The notes under the pieces: generated by a model
Database searches by the model: none
Told to the model about the DNA's origin: nothing
What the model saw: the letters and a program-made list of their open reading frames with translations, nothing else
In this document: piece after piece, positions 27,913-40,500 of the stretch
Numbering within the stretch: the stretch's first letter is position 1
Layout: every line of letters starts with the position of its first letter
Program-made: the position numbers and the translations under genes
IMG/VR virus record: IMGVR_UViG_2595698668_000001
Coordinates: 128,001-192,000 of that record
Source: a virus
Taxonomy: Duplodnaviria > Caudoviricetes
DNA length: 64,000 nucleotides
Direction: 5' to 3' (one strand)

Positions 27913-28401
27913 TTATTCCCACCAGTCCAAAGCCATAATAACTTCAAACATTTCAACCTCAGACCCAGTATCCCAGTCCAAAGCAAGTTCGGAAATTTGG
28001 GTAGGCCAAGTACCATAAACTGTATAAGAACGAGTACGCTTACCAGTACGGTCGAGTTGATGTACGGTTGCTTCCTTCTTATATACGGTTGGAACTTCAC
28101 CATTGATATTACGACCAAGGGATTGAGCTATATTTTGCCACTCAATAAATTGTTGACGTGTGTTGTGTTCGGTGTCATTATAGACTGTGAGTGTCCAGTC
28201 ATCGAATGTACGGTCACCAGCCAGTTTGAGCTTTTTATTCTGATAACCCAGAATTACGGGTTCTACAGTTGCACCCGGCATAGAAGCAGCTTTACATTTG
28301 AATGAAAAGTCTTGCCCCATGAAAGGAATTTCAATCTCAAACAGGTTAGGGCGAGCCAGATCACCGTTAGAAAACGCACGGCTTACATCAGTAAGATCCA
28401 T
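27913..28401 (-). CDS. gp19: Tail tube protein
   Basis: GDLARPNLFE.EIP, AGDRTFDDWT.TV.ND, WP...SE..LDWD. Confidence 0.96.
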   Translation of the reverse strand: MDLTDVSRAFSNGDLARPNLFEIEIPFMGQDFSFKCKAASMPGATVEPVILGYQNKKLKLAGDRTFDDWTLTVYNDTEHNTRQQFIEWQNIAQSLGRNINGEVPTVYKKEATVHQLDRTGKRTRSYTVYGTWPTQISELALDWDTGSEVEMFEVIMALDWWE

Positions 28402-28468
28402 TTTAAACCTCTTTGTATTCTTTAATTATTTAGGGTGGTTAAAATGGGGGATATTATCCCCCACTCTA

Positions 28469-30505
28469 TTAGTTTTGTGGACCAACCAACTCATCGAAGT
28501 TAGCGGAAGTTCCCACAGCGGAGAAGTTCAGGCTAACATAGTTGATAGACCGTGCTGGTTTGATTAGAATAGTTGCAACAAACTCGTTACGGTCAATAAC
28601 CGCCGGGGTGTTGTTTGTCTCATCACACACGACGCGGAAATCATAGATACCACCAAGAGACTTGATAGAATCTAGGTAGGAATTGACCTCGCTGCGGAAA
28701 GAGTTACGAGTAAACGCATCGTTATTCTCAAACAGCTTATATTTCGCGCTTTCAGAGATAGACTTCTTCAACAGGTTGAACAAACGACGGACGTTGATCC
28801 GGTCGAATGGGGTTGGTTGAAGACTCATAGTCTTATCACCATACAGAATGAAACCTTGACCGGGGAATCCAACTACTGGGTTCATACTGTTTTGATACAG
28901 CTCATCACGATGCGCTTGACGAGTCTCGATAGCCAGCTTACGAACGTCTAGGATCTGCCCACGGTTAAACCCAGCCGGAGACATCCATGGTTGGGCTACT
29001 GTGTCTGTACGAGCACACAAGCCAGCCATATCAGCAGACAGCGGGATCCAACGGTTGGTGTCGTTGTATTTGTCGTATTGCAGCTTGTAGTTTGCAGATG
29101 TAGAACTATAGGTGGTTCCTATGTTCATGTTATCATCAACCACAACACCCGAATCGGTAACACCACGACGCCATTCAACCATCTTCTTAACAGCAGTTGC
29201 TACGGGTAGGTTTACCATGTATTCGCGGGGTGGGCTGATCCAACCAAGGCAATCCTGACGCTCATCACAGATAGCAGCAACGGATTTCTGTACAGTTGAA
29301 GCAATTTCTACCCCTTCACCAGCACAAGAACCGGCAATAAACAGGTTTACATCTACGTGCTCACGGTCAGAGAACATATCCCAGCCTTCAATCCAATCAC
29401 CGGCAGACGCAGTTGAGTTACCACTATTACCACCACCAAATGTAAGGATTCCAGAATACTCGGTAGGCCACGACTCAGCAACACCTTGGATAAAGGTGGA
29501 ATATCCGTTAATGAAGAATTCATCAACATAGATGCTGGAACCGTATATATCACGGTCATTCTCTTTTACTGACAGAATACGAGATTCAACAGCAGAACCA
29601 CCAACAAAAACAATCATCGCGAACTGGTCTTTTGTTTGTGGACCATATTCCAAATAAGAGCTTGGGGTGATATTACCAAAACTCAAGCCGCTTGGGAAAG
29701 TTTTCAGGTTTACTGTATTAACAGAAGAAATCTTACCATCTACACCAAACTTGTAATAATCTTTGTACGCAATAAATGCGACTTGGATATTATCACCAGT
29801 CAGACCGGCGTAACGAGAAGCAACAACAGGAATACCATAGGATTCGCACATATCGATGTATGTTTCGGTCGTTTCGTCTCTACGAAGCAGGGATTCACGG
29901 GAATATTCATCATTACGAATATAAATCTTACTATCTTGACGAATACCGTTCAGTACAGCCGTTGCGGATTGACCACTACCGGGACCACCAGAGGTGAATT
30001 GGATCTGCCACCCATTTTGAAGGGCTGGATAGTCGTTAAGTTCTTTTGCCTTTTTAACTACTTCGGCAGTAGAGAATCTAACGAAGGTGATACCACCAAC
30101 GGAGTTAAGTGCGGAAACTTTACCAGTAGTGATAGTTGCACCATTCTGGAGAATTTTAACATCGTCACCAATACGATAATCCACACCCGGAGATGTAATT
30201 GTATAATCAATTGTTTCAAAAAACGGACTAGAGTTACGTGCAGTATCTTCATCAAGAATACGGACGGTACGAAGATCGTTACCATATTTCAGGAAGTTGA
30301 TCGCACTGAGAACGCTATCAGCAGTTTGATTATCAGGACGACCGAAACGGTCGATAAGGTCGGTCTCAGAAACTAGTTGAGAAATTTGATATGCAGGCCC
30401 CCACTGGAATTTACCAGCCAGAGCCGCCCGTCCAGTAGATGAACGGGCAATAGTAGTTTGCATATTATTCTCTTTAGATTCTACACCCGGAGAAAGTAAT
30501 GCCAT
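28469..30505 (-). CDS. gp18: Tail sheath protein
   Basis: LLSPGVE.KE, GKFQWGPA, QYDKYND.NRW.PL, PWMSPAG.NRG, FDRINVRRLF, KPARSINY. Confidence 0.97.
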   Translation of the reverse strand: MALLSPGVESKENNMQTTIARSSTGRAALAGKFQWGPAYQISQLVSETDLIDRFGRPDNQTADSVLSAINFLKYGNDLRTVRILDEDTARNSSPFFETIDYTITSPGVDYRIGDDVKILQNGATITTGKVSALNSVGGITFVRFSTAEVVKKAKELNDYPALQNGWQIQFTSGGPGSGQSATAVLNGIRQDSKIYIRNDEYSRESLLRRDETTETYIDMCESYGIPVVASRYAGLTGDNIQVAFIAYKDYYKFGVDGKISSVNTVNLKTFPSGLSFGNITPSSYLEYGPQTKDQFAMIVFVGGSAVESRILSVKENDRDIYGSSIYVDEFFINGYSTFIQGVAESWPTEYSGILTFGGGNSGNSTASAGDWIEGWDMFSDREHVDVNLFIAGSCAGEGVEIASTVQKSVAAICDERQDCLGWISPPREYMVNLPVATAVKKMVEWRRGVTDSGVVVDDNMNIGTTYSSTSANYKLQYDKYNDTNRWIPLSADMAGLCARTDTVAQPWMSPAGFNRGQILDVRKLAIETRQAHRDELYQNSMNPVVGFPGQGFILYGDKTMSLQPTPFDRINVRRLFNLLKKSISESAKYKLFENNDAFTRNSFRSEVNSYLDSIKSLGGIYDFRVVCDETNNTPAVIDRNEFVATILIKPARSINYVSLNFSAVGTSANFDELVGPQN

Positions 30506-30517
30506 TTTATTTTCCTT

Positions 30518-32440
<1,923 letters not shown>

Positions 32441-32779
32441 TTATCCCTCAAAAATATATCGATAGAATGAACCTCTGGGGATATCTAACTTATTAGTAAA
32501 TTTGATAACAGAGTTCCCGATGATATATTTATCACCAGAAACATCATATCCTAATTTAGAAAAAATATAGGTGTATAGTTCTCTAACAAGTGGATAATTA
32601 ACAACTTGAACTCTAACACCATTTCTGTGTGTTAGAATATCCCACGATGTACTAATTAGATGGTCATTAAATTCCGTTCTATCTAGGTCAATATAAGCCC
32701 TTAGATGTTCTTCTGTTTTTATATGGTCTCGCCAATTAAGTTGCATTTTTAACCTCTTCTGATTCACCATCAATGACAA
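32441..32779 (-). CDS. Hypothetical protein between gp16 and gp17 (start possibly 32746)
   Basis: ORF fills the gap exactly, overlapping the gp16 end. Confidence 0.7.
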   Translation of the reverse strand: MSLMVNQKRLKMQLNWRDHIKTEEHLRAYIDLDRTEFNDHLISTSWDILTHRNGVRVQVVNYPLVRELYTYIFSKLGYDVSGDKYIIGNSVIKFTNKLDIPRGSFYRYIFEG

Positions 32780-33248
32780 GAGATTGAGCCTGTGTTTGGG
32801 TTCCTTCTCTTAGCATTAGTTCAGCAGGGGTTCCCATAAAAACAGTAGCGTTTTCAATATTCATACTCGGGCTAGGAGTTTCTGGTTTATTTCCACCAGT
32901 CTTTGTTTTCTCGGCTGTAATTGCGTCCATTTCTTTATGGAGCTTAAGAATTTCCTTTGTATTAGCAGTCCACGTTCCCATTAACTGAGTAAACGCATTA
33001 ACTTGGTTTGGACTCTCTGAATTCTTTGCATTCTCTAATGCAATTGCAGCCATAGCCATAATCATTTGTTGTTGTTGGTTTAATGCTTGTCTAGCCAAAC
33101 TGTAATCGTCTGATAGGTCTTTCGCTCTATCTAACGGGTTGGATTCCACTGGAAGTAATACAGTTGGTTCATACACAACAACTTCACCACCATCAAATCC
33201 GGGTAACCCAGATACATCAAGTAGACTTTTCATATCTAATTCGCTCAT
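32736..33248 (-). CDS. gp16: Small terminase subunit
   Basis: LD...LLD...LPG..G..V.VYEP..L..VESNP..R..DL..DY, LENAKNSESP, NIENATVFMG. Confidence 0.94.
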   Translation of the reverse strand: MSELDMKSLLDVSGLPGFDGGEVVVYEPTVLLPVESNPLDRAKDLSDDYSLARQALNQQQQMIMAMAAIALENAKNSESPNQVNAFTQLMGTWTANTKEILKLHKEMDAITAEKTKTGGNKPETPSPSMNIENATVFMGTPAELMLREGTQTQAQSLVIDGESEEVKNAT

Positions 33249-33249
33249 T

Positions 33250-34062
33250 TTAATTCTCTCTTGGTTTTGATGGTTCTGGATCTACGGGGATCGGGACGCC
33301 AGCAGAGCAAGTTTCTATATAATCCCCATTCCATGTGTTTGGTGTGGAATCAAAAGGAACCACCTGTGAATCAACGGATTCATAAGCTTCAATCGGTAAT
33401 CTTTTCATATTCCCAAAGAAATCAAGATATGTGGTTTTGATCTCACCTTTAAGGTCTGCAAAGTTCGCATACATCCACCCATCTAGTTCAAAGAATAAGG
33501 TCCATTCTAGACGACGACGTTCTCCACGGTCTCCTTCTAATTCTTCCGACATAGAAACAGATTGGATTGTTATCTGAATATCTCTATCAACGGGAGTTTT
33601 ACCGTCATGAAGTTCAACAATTTTGCATGGGAAGTTAGGTTGGAAATATGGTAGAATTTGCTCTACGATGGTATGCATATCAGTTTCATATCTGGTGTGA
33701 ATAGAAACCTCAAAAGTAAATTTCCAAGGTACTGGGTTGAAAATATTATATGACTTATTGTTTTGATCAGATGCTTGTCTTCCCTGCATACCTGTTTTAT
33801 ACTGGGAGTTATACATCATATCCACCATATGGATATTTATTCTAGGGAGAATGGTTTCACCACGAGCCATTTCACCATCATAATTGTTGCTAAACGCATT
33901 GTTAAGCTTTATGATAAATCTCTCTTTTGATGCGTTTGTAATTGGTACTTTATTATAAAATTTTTGGTCTCCCCGTGTACGTTCTACTTGTACACCACTA
34001 AGGAGGTCCATTAGCAAAACCGTATATCTACGCATTGAGCTATTATAGAAATATCCAAACAT
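33250..34062 (-). CDS. gp15: Tail sheath stabilizer / terminator
   Basis: MFGYFYNSS.RRY, VP...ASKE.F, ILPR, EQILPYFQP. Confidence 0.95.
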   Translation of the reverse strand: MFGYFYNSSMRRYTVLLMDLLSGVQVERTRGDQKFYNKVPITNASKERFIIKLNNAFSNNYDGEMARGETILPRINIHMVDMMYNSQYKTGMQGRQASDQNNKSYNIFNPVPWKFTFEVSIHTRYETDMHTIVEQILPYFQPNFPCKIVELHDGKTPVDRDIQITIQSVSMSEELEGDRGERRRLEWTLFFELDGWMYANFADLKGEIKTTYLDFFGNMKRLPIEAYESVDSQVVPFDSTPNTWNGDYIETCSAGVPIPVDPEPSKPREN

Positions 34063-34124
34063 AATTTATACTCCATATGTATTTATTGTATTTAGGGAAG
34101 CGGGGTTTCCCCCGCCTTTATATT

Positions 34125-34916
34125 TTATCTAAAGTCAAGATCACTGAATGGGTCTTTATTAGTTTGACCCTTAACAAATGGTTGATATGGAGCTTCTGCA
34201 ACCGGGGCACCAGTACCAATTAACACATCAAATTCTTCTACAAAATCATCTGCTTCGTCAGAAACAAAATCATCTTCTTCATATTCAAGAATAGATGTAT
34301 CAACTCGTTTATCGAGTTTACGAACCGGATCAAGTGCTGGGTTCATAATATAATCAGATGGACTAAACTCGGGTTGAATCTCTTCACCAGAATATATGAA
34401 TTTCTGTGCTGTAATTTTATACAGTGTTTCTTGTCCATTTTGATAGAATGGGTTATTTGGTTCAACCCAAGTTACTTCGAAAAGGGCATTATTCATAGGG
34501 AAATATATTAGGTCTCCCTCTCTTGCCTTCTCTCCATCACCTTGTCTATTAAACAGTTCTGGGGATACGGAGAATTCGGCTTCGTCATTTACACTCATAC
34601 CAAATTTTGAGAAAAATTCTTGACGTCCCTGATACCCCTCAAAGTTTTCCAAATACATAGCAACCCGGAAAGCGTTGTTGAATTTGGATTGCATATCTTC
34701 CCCGTATAAAAGGTCAAGTTTAACTAGTTCTCTTCGAATATAGAAAACTTCAATGCCTTTCATTTGGATTGCTTCTGACATTAAATGTCTAGCAAATGCT
34801 TGTGTATAGCCACAACCATAATTATTAACATGAGGATTCAATACTTCTTTTTTATTAGTTGAATCCTCATATCCAGAACCATCTTCCAGTCTGGCAAATA
34901 AATTAGAATCGTACAT
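34125..34916 (-). CDS. gp14: Neck protein
   Basis: YD..LFA.LE, E.IQM.G, FSKFG..V.DE, EGDLIYFP, FE.TWVE...PFYQ, KFIYSGE. Confidence 0.95.
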   Translation of the reverse strand: MYDSNLFARLEDGSGYEDSTNKKEVLNPHVNNYGCGYTQAFARHLMSEAIQMKGIEVFYIRRELVKLDLLYGEDMQSKFNNAFRVAMYLENFEGYQGRQEFFSKFGMSVNDEAEFSVSPELFNRQGDGEKAREGDLIYFPMNNALFEVTWVEPNNPFYQNGQETLYKITAQKFIYSGEEIQPEFSPSDYIMNPALDPVRKLDKRVDTSILEYEEDDFVSDEADDFVEEFDVLIGTGAPVAEAPYQPFVKGQTNKDPFSDLDFR

Positions 34917-34919
34917 ATA

Positions 34920-35840
34920 TTACCCCATAATAATTGGATCTGGACCAGCTAACAGAAGCAATTCCTCTCGAAGGGTCTCAATTTCTTGTTTGGCTTCTTG
35001 AATTAGTCTAGTTCCATCAACAGTTACTCCACCGGGGAGTTGCATCCCTTGGTGTTTAGCCATTATGTTCCCCCAAACCTCTTTAACGAACGCTGTGGAC
35101 ATATCTTTAACCCACCTGTTGTTATATACCTTCTGATCTGGGAAATCGTTCCTTGCGCTTCCTATGACACTTTGGGGGAGTTTCTTGTATGGGTTAGACC
35201 ATTTGTTTTCTAAATCCGATGCAGGTACACCGTGACCTATTGGTAAAGCACTACCTATATCGTTAAATGCGTATTCGTCGAGGTCTACGAAGTTTTGGAC
35301 ATATGCTTCAATAACCATCACATCACCTTTTTTGAGGTTGTTGTGTGTGATCTGTAGAATCCCAGATTTGGTATCAAAATCATAATCCGGTAGTGGATTT
35401 AATTGGTCTTGTAGGAGTTTCTGATATGAACTAAACGCAGCAAAATACCCAACGGAACCGATTGTTCCAAAAGGACCATGGTAGCAGGAACCAACGCCAC
35501 TTGTTGCTAACCCAGTAATGAAACTAGCAAACCAGTTTAGAGGAACACCACCACCCAACAGAGTCATATTACCGACCATACTACGCAGAATTCTAGTTAC
35601 TGCGAATACTGGGTATTCACTCAGATCGATATATCCGGTCATGGCTTGTTCTTCGGTTAGAATACAGGTTATAAAGGCCCGGTTTAGTGCGTCATGGTGG
35701 TAATCTTTATAAAGTTCAAGAGCCCGCCCGATACTGTCATAGATCTGAGTTTCTGTAACCTCAATATTTATAATTGGAGCACCTAACCGACGAAGAATAT
35801 TATCTTTTAGTTCTTTAGGGTTATTACAGGTATTATACAT
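34920..35840 (-). CDS. gp13: Neck protein
   Basis: NPKELKD.ILRRLGAPII..EVT..QI.D.I.RAL, YNNRWVK, KHQGM.LPGGV. Confidence 0.96.
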   Translation of the reverse strand: MYNTCNNPKELKDNILRRLGAPIINIEVTETQIYDSIGRALELYKDYHHDALNRAFITCILTEEQAMTGYIDLSEYPVFAVTRILRSMVGNMTLLGGGVPLNWFASFITGLATSGVGSCYHGPFGTIGSVGYFAAFSSYQKLLQDQLNPLPDYDFDTKSGILQITHNNLKKGDVMVIEAYVQNFVDLDEYAFNDIGSALPIGHGVPASDLENKWSNPYKKLPQSVIGSARNDFPDQKVYNNRWVKDMSTAFVKEVWGNIMAKHQGMQLPGGVTVDGTRLIQEAKQEIETLREELLLLAGPDPIIMG

Positions 35841-35877
35841 TTTATCTTCCTTTAATAGTTTACAATGGTATTTAGAG

Positions 35878-35911
35878 AAAAGCCCCGAACGAATAAACGA
35901 ACGGGGCTTTT
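35878..35911 (-). terminator. Terminator after the wac operon
   Basis: AAAAGCCCCG...CGGGGCTTTT inverted repeat; late promoter for gp13 adjacent at 35869-35875. Confidence 0.75.
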
Positions 35912-35913
35912 AA

Positions 35914-36057
35914 TTATTGTTCTTTATTTTTGTTAGCCTCTTTATCTTCTTCATTCTGCTTCTGTTTTTTGGTGATTGCTTCCGCCGCCACCTTAAGCAA
36001 CTGAGTTAGAATTTCGAGACCTATTGTCCTAAAGAATAAAAGTACAGCGGTTTGCAT
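35914..36057 (-). CDS. Small hypothetical protein (47 aa, amphipathic N-terminus, charged tail)
   Basis: Hand translation MQTAVLLFFRTIGLEILTQLLKVAAEAITKKQKQNEEDKEANKNKEQ; SD AAGGGG. Confidence 0.6.
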   Translation of the reverse strand: MQTAVLLFFRTIGLEILTQLLKVAAEAITKKQKQNEEDKEANKNKEQ

Positions 36058-36068
36058 TTTAATGCCCC

Positions 36069-37565
36069 TTAAGATATTTGGATCCTAGTTGAGCGAGTGG
36101 TTACTTGACCATAACTGTTCTTATAAATGGCGTAATAGAAAATTGATGTGTCGAGGGTTGGGGTAACTTCTATCTCTAGATTTTTAGAATTACCTACTTC
36201 AACACCCCTTGAGGTTTTCCATTGAACCGTGGAAAATCTATCACAATCCGATTCTATCACAACCGTATCACCAACTTGCGCGTTATATATAACTTGTGGT
36301 TGTTTCGTTATTTTAGGCGCAACCGTACTCCACCAAATTGTATCACCGACGATATCAAGAACCAGTTTTCCATCAGTAGATACCAATTTTCCATTACCCT
36401 GATTTGAAATATTAAATAGATGACTGTTTCCATCCATGTAAATTTCAAATTGTTCAATGGTGATGTTATTACTATTTAACCCGAATACAGTATTGAGCCC
36501 TGTATCAAGACTAAGATATGGATCTGTTATTCTTGCGTAGACTTCACCGTTTACATACAACCTTATATTTTGAGCAAATCCGTTAGATACATCAAACCAA
36601 ACGGCCACACCAATACTGTTATTTCTTGGTAATGGTCTTTTCAATGGTTTGGTATGATAAACACCATCAGGAGTTTTAACCCAGAATGTGTTAGTTTCTA
36701 GATTTATGCCCATACCAGTAGAAATATCACCAACGTTTTTTGAAGCTATCACTAGTTCTGTAGCGATATCGCCAATAACAAGGCCACCAGAAACTTTATG
36801 TGTCTTGTTCGCAACCATCAAAGAACCAGTGGTAGAGAATCCAGCGTCTCCATTTAAAATGATTGCTTCGTTGGTTAAAACGTGAGGGGTTGGTTGATAA
36901 TCAATCAGGATATTTGTATTTGTAACCATAGGTGAATCAAAAGAGAAATCACCATTTGTGTTATATCTAACTCCAACACCAAAGTTAAATTGTATTAGAC
37001 AGTCTTTCTTTGCGGTAAAAGTAGAGTATATACGGGTTCTCTCTTCACCAATTAATGGATTATTATCAAATTTCGTTTTGAATGTTAGATAATTATCAAT
37101 GGGTTCCCCATTATCCATGTATATATCAGCAAGTACACCACTATGAACCAACGTAAGATCGTTGTTTTTAACCATAACACTTGCGGTATAAGTTTTTCCA
37201 GCCTTTAACGAAATACGGGTTTGGAAGAACATTCGACTATCAATAGTTCTGAATGTATATCCTTTCGTATTTTCATTATCTTGGTTGAAGCTTATAGCAA
37301 AAGCATTATTTCCCGTATTTGTCGAGTTATTATAAACGGTATAGCAGGGTGGAACGTTTCCAATAACAACCCCGTCAGAATAACAAAAAATATCAGTACC
37401 ATTCAACATTCGACTATTTGCTAATAGGTTTTCGTCTCCAAGATCATAAGCTCTATGCCATGCCCCATTAGAAAAAACCCACGGTACGGATCTATGCCAG
37501 TTATTTTTATAAATGGATGGGATGGTGTCATGCACCACCCCATTTTTATACACTTTGTTAGCCAT
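36069..37565 (-). CDS. Putative fibre-tip adhesin (Trp-rich attachment N-terminus, CBM/LamG-like beta-sandwiches, C-terminal Ig-like domain)
   Basis: N-term KVYKNG..IYKNNW..WVFSNGAW; ENLL.NS..LKAGKTYTAS (CBM-like); RLYVNG (LamG-like); PKITKQP..VQWK..YYA...NSYG (Ig I-set). Confidence 0.65.
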   Translation of the reverse strand: MANKVYKNGVVHDTIPSIYKNNWHRSVPWVFSNGAWHRAYDLGDENLLANSRMLNGTDIFCYSDGVVIGNVPPCYTVYNNSTNTGNNAFAISFNQDNENTKGYTFRTIDSRMFFQTRISLKAGKTYTASVMVKNNDLTLVHSGVLADIYMDNGEPIDNYLTFKTKFDNNPLIGEERTRIYSTFTAKKDCLIQFNFGVGVRYNTNGDFSFDSPMVTNTNILIDYQPTPHVLTNEAIILNGDAGFSTTGSLMVANKTHKVSGGLVIGDIATELVIASKNVGDISTGMGINLETNTFWVKTPDGVYHTKPLKRPLPRNNSIGVAVWFDVSNGFAQNIRLYVNGEVYARITDPYLSLDTGLNTVFGLNSNNITIEQFEIYMDGNSHLFNISNQGNGKLVSTDGKLVLDIVGDTIWWSTVAPKITKQPQVIYNAQVGDTVVIESDCDRFSTVQWKTSRGVEVGNSKNLEIEVTPTLDTSIFYYAIYKNSYGQVTTRSTRIQIS

Positions 37566-37576
37566 CGTAAACCCTT

Positions 37577-40500
37577 TTAGTTGATGAATTCGAAGAACAC
37601 ATCACCTTCTTTAGGACTGGTCGGTGCGTCTGTAGCAAAATCACCGTAGTAATAAGCTCTTGTCCACTGACCATCTTGTCTTACGTACTTGTTTCCGTCT
37701 GCTGGTGCTTCGAAACTATCCTTTGTGAGGACTTTATCGTTATTGATTGTTACCTCAGATGCGGTAATACGAACCGGTAGACCGGTATCACCAATTGCGA
37801 TAAACTTTTCTGTAGAAGGTTGCGATATACTAATTATGTTCTTATCGACATTATTTACCCGTGTGGTAATACCGAAACTATTATTAGCACCTACTTCTGC
37901 AAGCTTGAGGTTAGTTACCTTACCGTCAAACTTCATGAACGTTCTACTATCACCAATAACCATTAGCTTATCGACGCCAACTGTATCTACCTTGGCTACG
38001 TTATATCCACCAATGATGAAATCGCTGGTTTCACCAACAGAAACATCCTTGGTTGGGTCTATACCGTCATGGATTAGAGTCCATTGTCCACCCTTACGAG
38101 CGTAGAAATTAGCGTTGTTTGGTGCGTCGTGTGCATCGGTCCAAACTTTCTTAGCATCAGAACCAACACCAACAAACAGATTACCAGTAGAATATACACT
38201 CACTGGTGTGGCTGTGTCGCCGATCACTATTTTGGTTTGGGTACTTTCTAAAAGAGACCCATAAGATGTAGAAATTTTACTTTCTAATTTGAAGTCGGAT
38301 ACAGTACCACGAAGGTTTATTTTCCCTGTGGTTCCACCAATTCGAGTTGTTACGGTTGCAGAGTCAACCGTAAATGCAGTAATCGTACCACTATTGGTTT
38401 TTGCCATTATAGATACGTTTTCTGCTAGGGTTATATTCCTTTCACCAACAGCTTGCCAGAAACCAACACCATCGTCATTAACCCGAGCGTATGCCAATCC
38501 GGATTGTGGTGCATCACCGATAATACCAGTACCAGACCCACCCTGTTCAACGACCATCCATTGGTTGTTCTTACGAGCGTAAAAACTACCATCTGCGGGT
38601 GCGTCCATGCCTTGGTGCCAAACCTTAAACCGGTCTACCCCAGTGCCTTGAATATAAAGATCCGTTGCAAATACGTTAGTAGTTTCAACATCACCATATG
38701 TCAGTATCCCACCAAAGTTATTGACCACGTTTAGATGTTTACCCATACCAACATTCATCTTAAACGCTTTATCTTGGTCCATGACCAATTCGCTAACTTT
38801 ACCCTTGAATGCAAGGTTTGTATTAGCAGAACCAATATTTATTGTGGTGTTATCTAATTTAATAACATCTGCACCAGCATAACCAATTACCGCATTTTGG
38901 TTTAGGGTAAATCCATTCTCTGGGTTGACGTCGGTAATATATTTTTTATAGTTCCCGATATGCAGAACATCAAATTCGCCGGTTGGTGTGTTATATTTGA
39001 AAGAATCGATGTCCTTACCAACCATAACTATATTCTTATCACTCTGACCAACTTTTATAGTTTGATCGGTAGAACCAAGAATAGTTTTCCCATATTTTCT
39101 GATATCAGAGGTTGTATCAAGAGAAATATTTCCGATAATGTCACCGACGATACGGAGTTTGGTTGTTCCGTTGTGACCAAAGGTCGGGATATATTTCCCA
39201 TCAGAACCAGTAGAATAAGAAACAAGGGTGGTCCCGTCGATAGCGGTAATCTTATTGTTATCACCAACCACAAAGTTAGTGGTAAAAAGGTCTCTCCACA
39301 CCCAGTTAGCACCATCATATTCTCGCGACCATACAGAACCAAGACGAGTTTCTGTTGGGTTGGGAATGTATCCAGCACCATTCTTATAATCGCGGTACAT
39401 CTGTTCATACATATCTTTCGATGCTTGATATGAACCAATTCTACGGTAATCGTCGTCGGCGACGTTTTTTGTCCCCTCTACCTTGATAACCAAACCTGTG
39501 TTTGGATTACCTACGGTATTTTGTAGATCCTCAATAGAAGTTCTATATTCGACGTTAACAGTAGTTGATATACTCGAAACACGACCATCAAGATCTTCGA
39601 AATGTTCTTTCTCTCTCTGGTCTACTTCTTTAACTTTTCCCTGCAATCCATCCAGAGGACTAGACCCTAGAATACCTTCGTTATTCTCCATACGGACACG
39701 AAGATCATTAATTCTACCCCAAGCGGTGGTATCCAGTGTGGAATCACTAGCAGAACCAAGAGAACGAGCCAAGTCATCAGACAGACCTTCGGTTTGTTTG
39801 GCGATGCCACTAATATAATCCACGTCTTTCTTGACATGTAAAGAATAATCGTATAGATTACCTACTGTTTGATAAGAATCTGTTTGTACATCAAGGTATT
39901 GAAGAGGGAATTCACCGTATCCAGTGTGTTCTACAAGTTCTTGAACTAAAGGTGAATTTGTTTCGTCAGCCATTTCTAAATCGCTGATACGAGAATAAAT
40001 GTTCCTAGTTGGATCCGGGTCTTGTCCAAGTTCGGTTCTAATCTGGTTAACTTCTTCCCTCAAAGATGCAGGGGTGGAGTCTTCCCACCATTTTTCAAGA
40101 GAAGTAACGCGAACATCAAGATTAACTCCTGTGTTATAGTTACGTTCGATTTGACCTTTTACCCCAGAAGAAAGTGAACCGGGTGATGGAACTCCATCAA
40201 TATCAAAATCTTTATAATTACCCAACATTTTTTTGATATGAAGGTCATCTGCTCGGAGAGTTCGGAATCTAAGAGATGGATCACCAACTCCGATATTATC
40301 TGAAATTGACTGGATTTTTGCGTCGAGGATCACGTCGGTTTCTTTGATGTCTTCAAGGATCCCACTATGGACATCCATTTCTGTTTCCAAATCGCCGACT
40401 CGTTGATATAAATCTCGTCCGTCACCAGCATTAATTATATCATCATGAATATTCACCTTGTCGATAACTTCCGACATCTTAGAAAGGATTGTTTCTTGGT

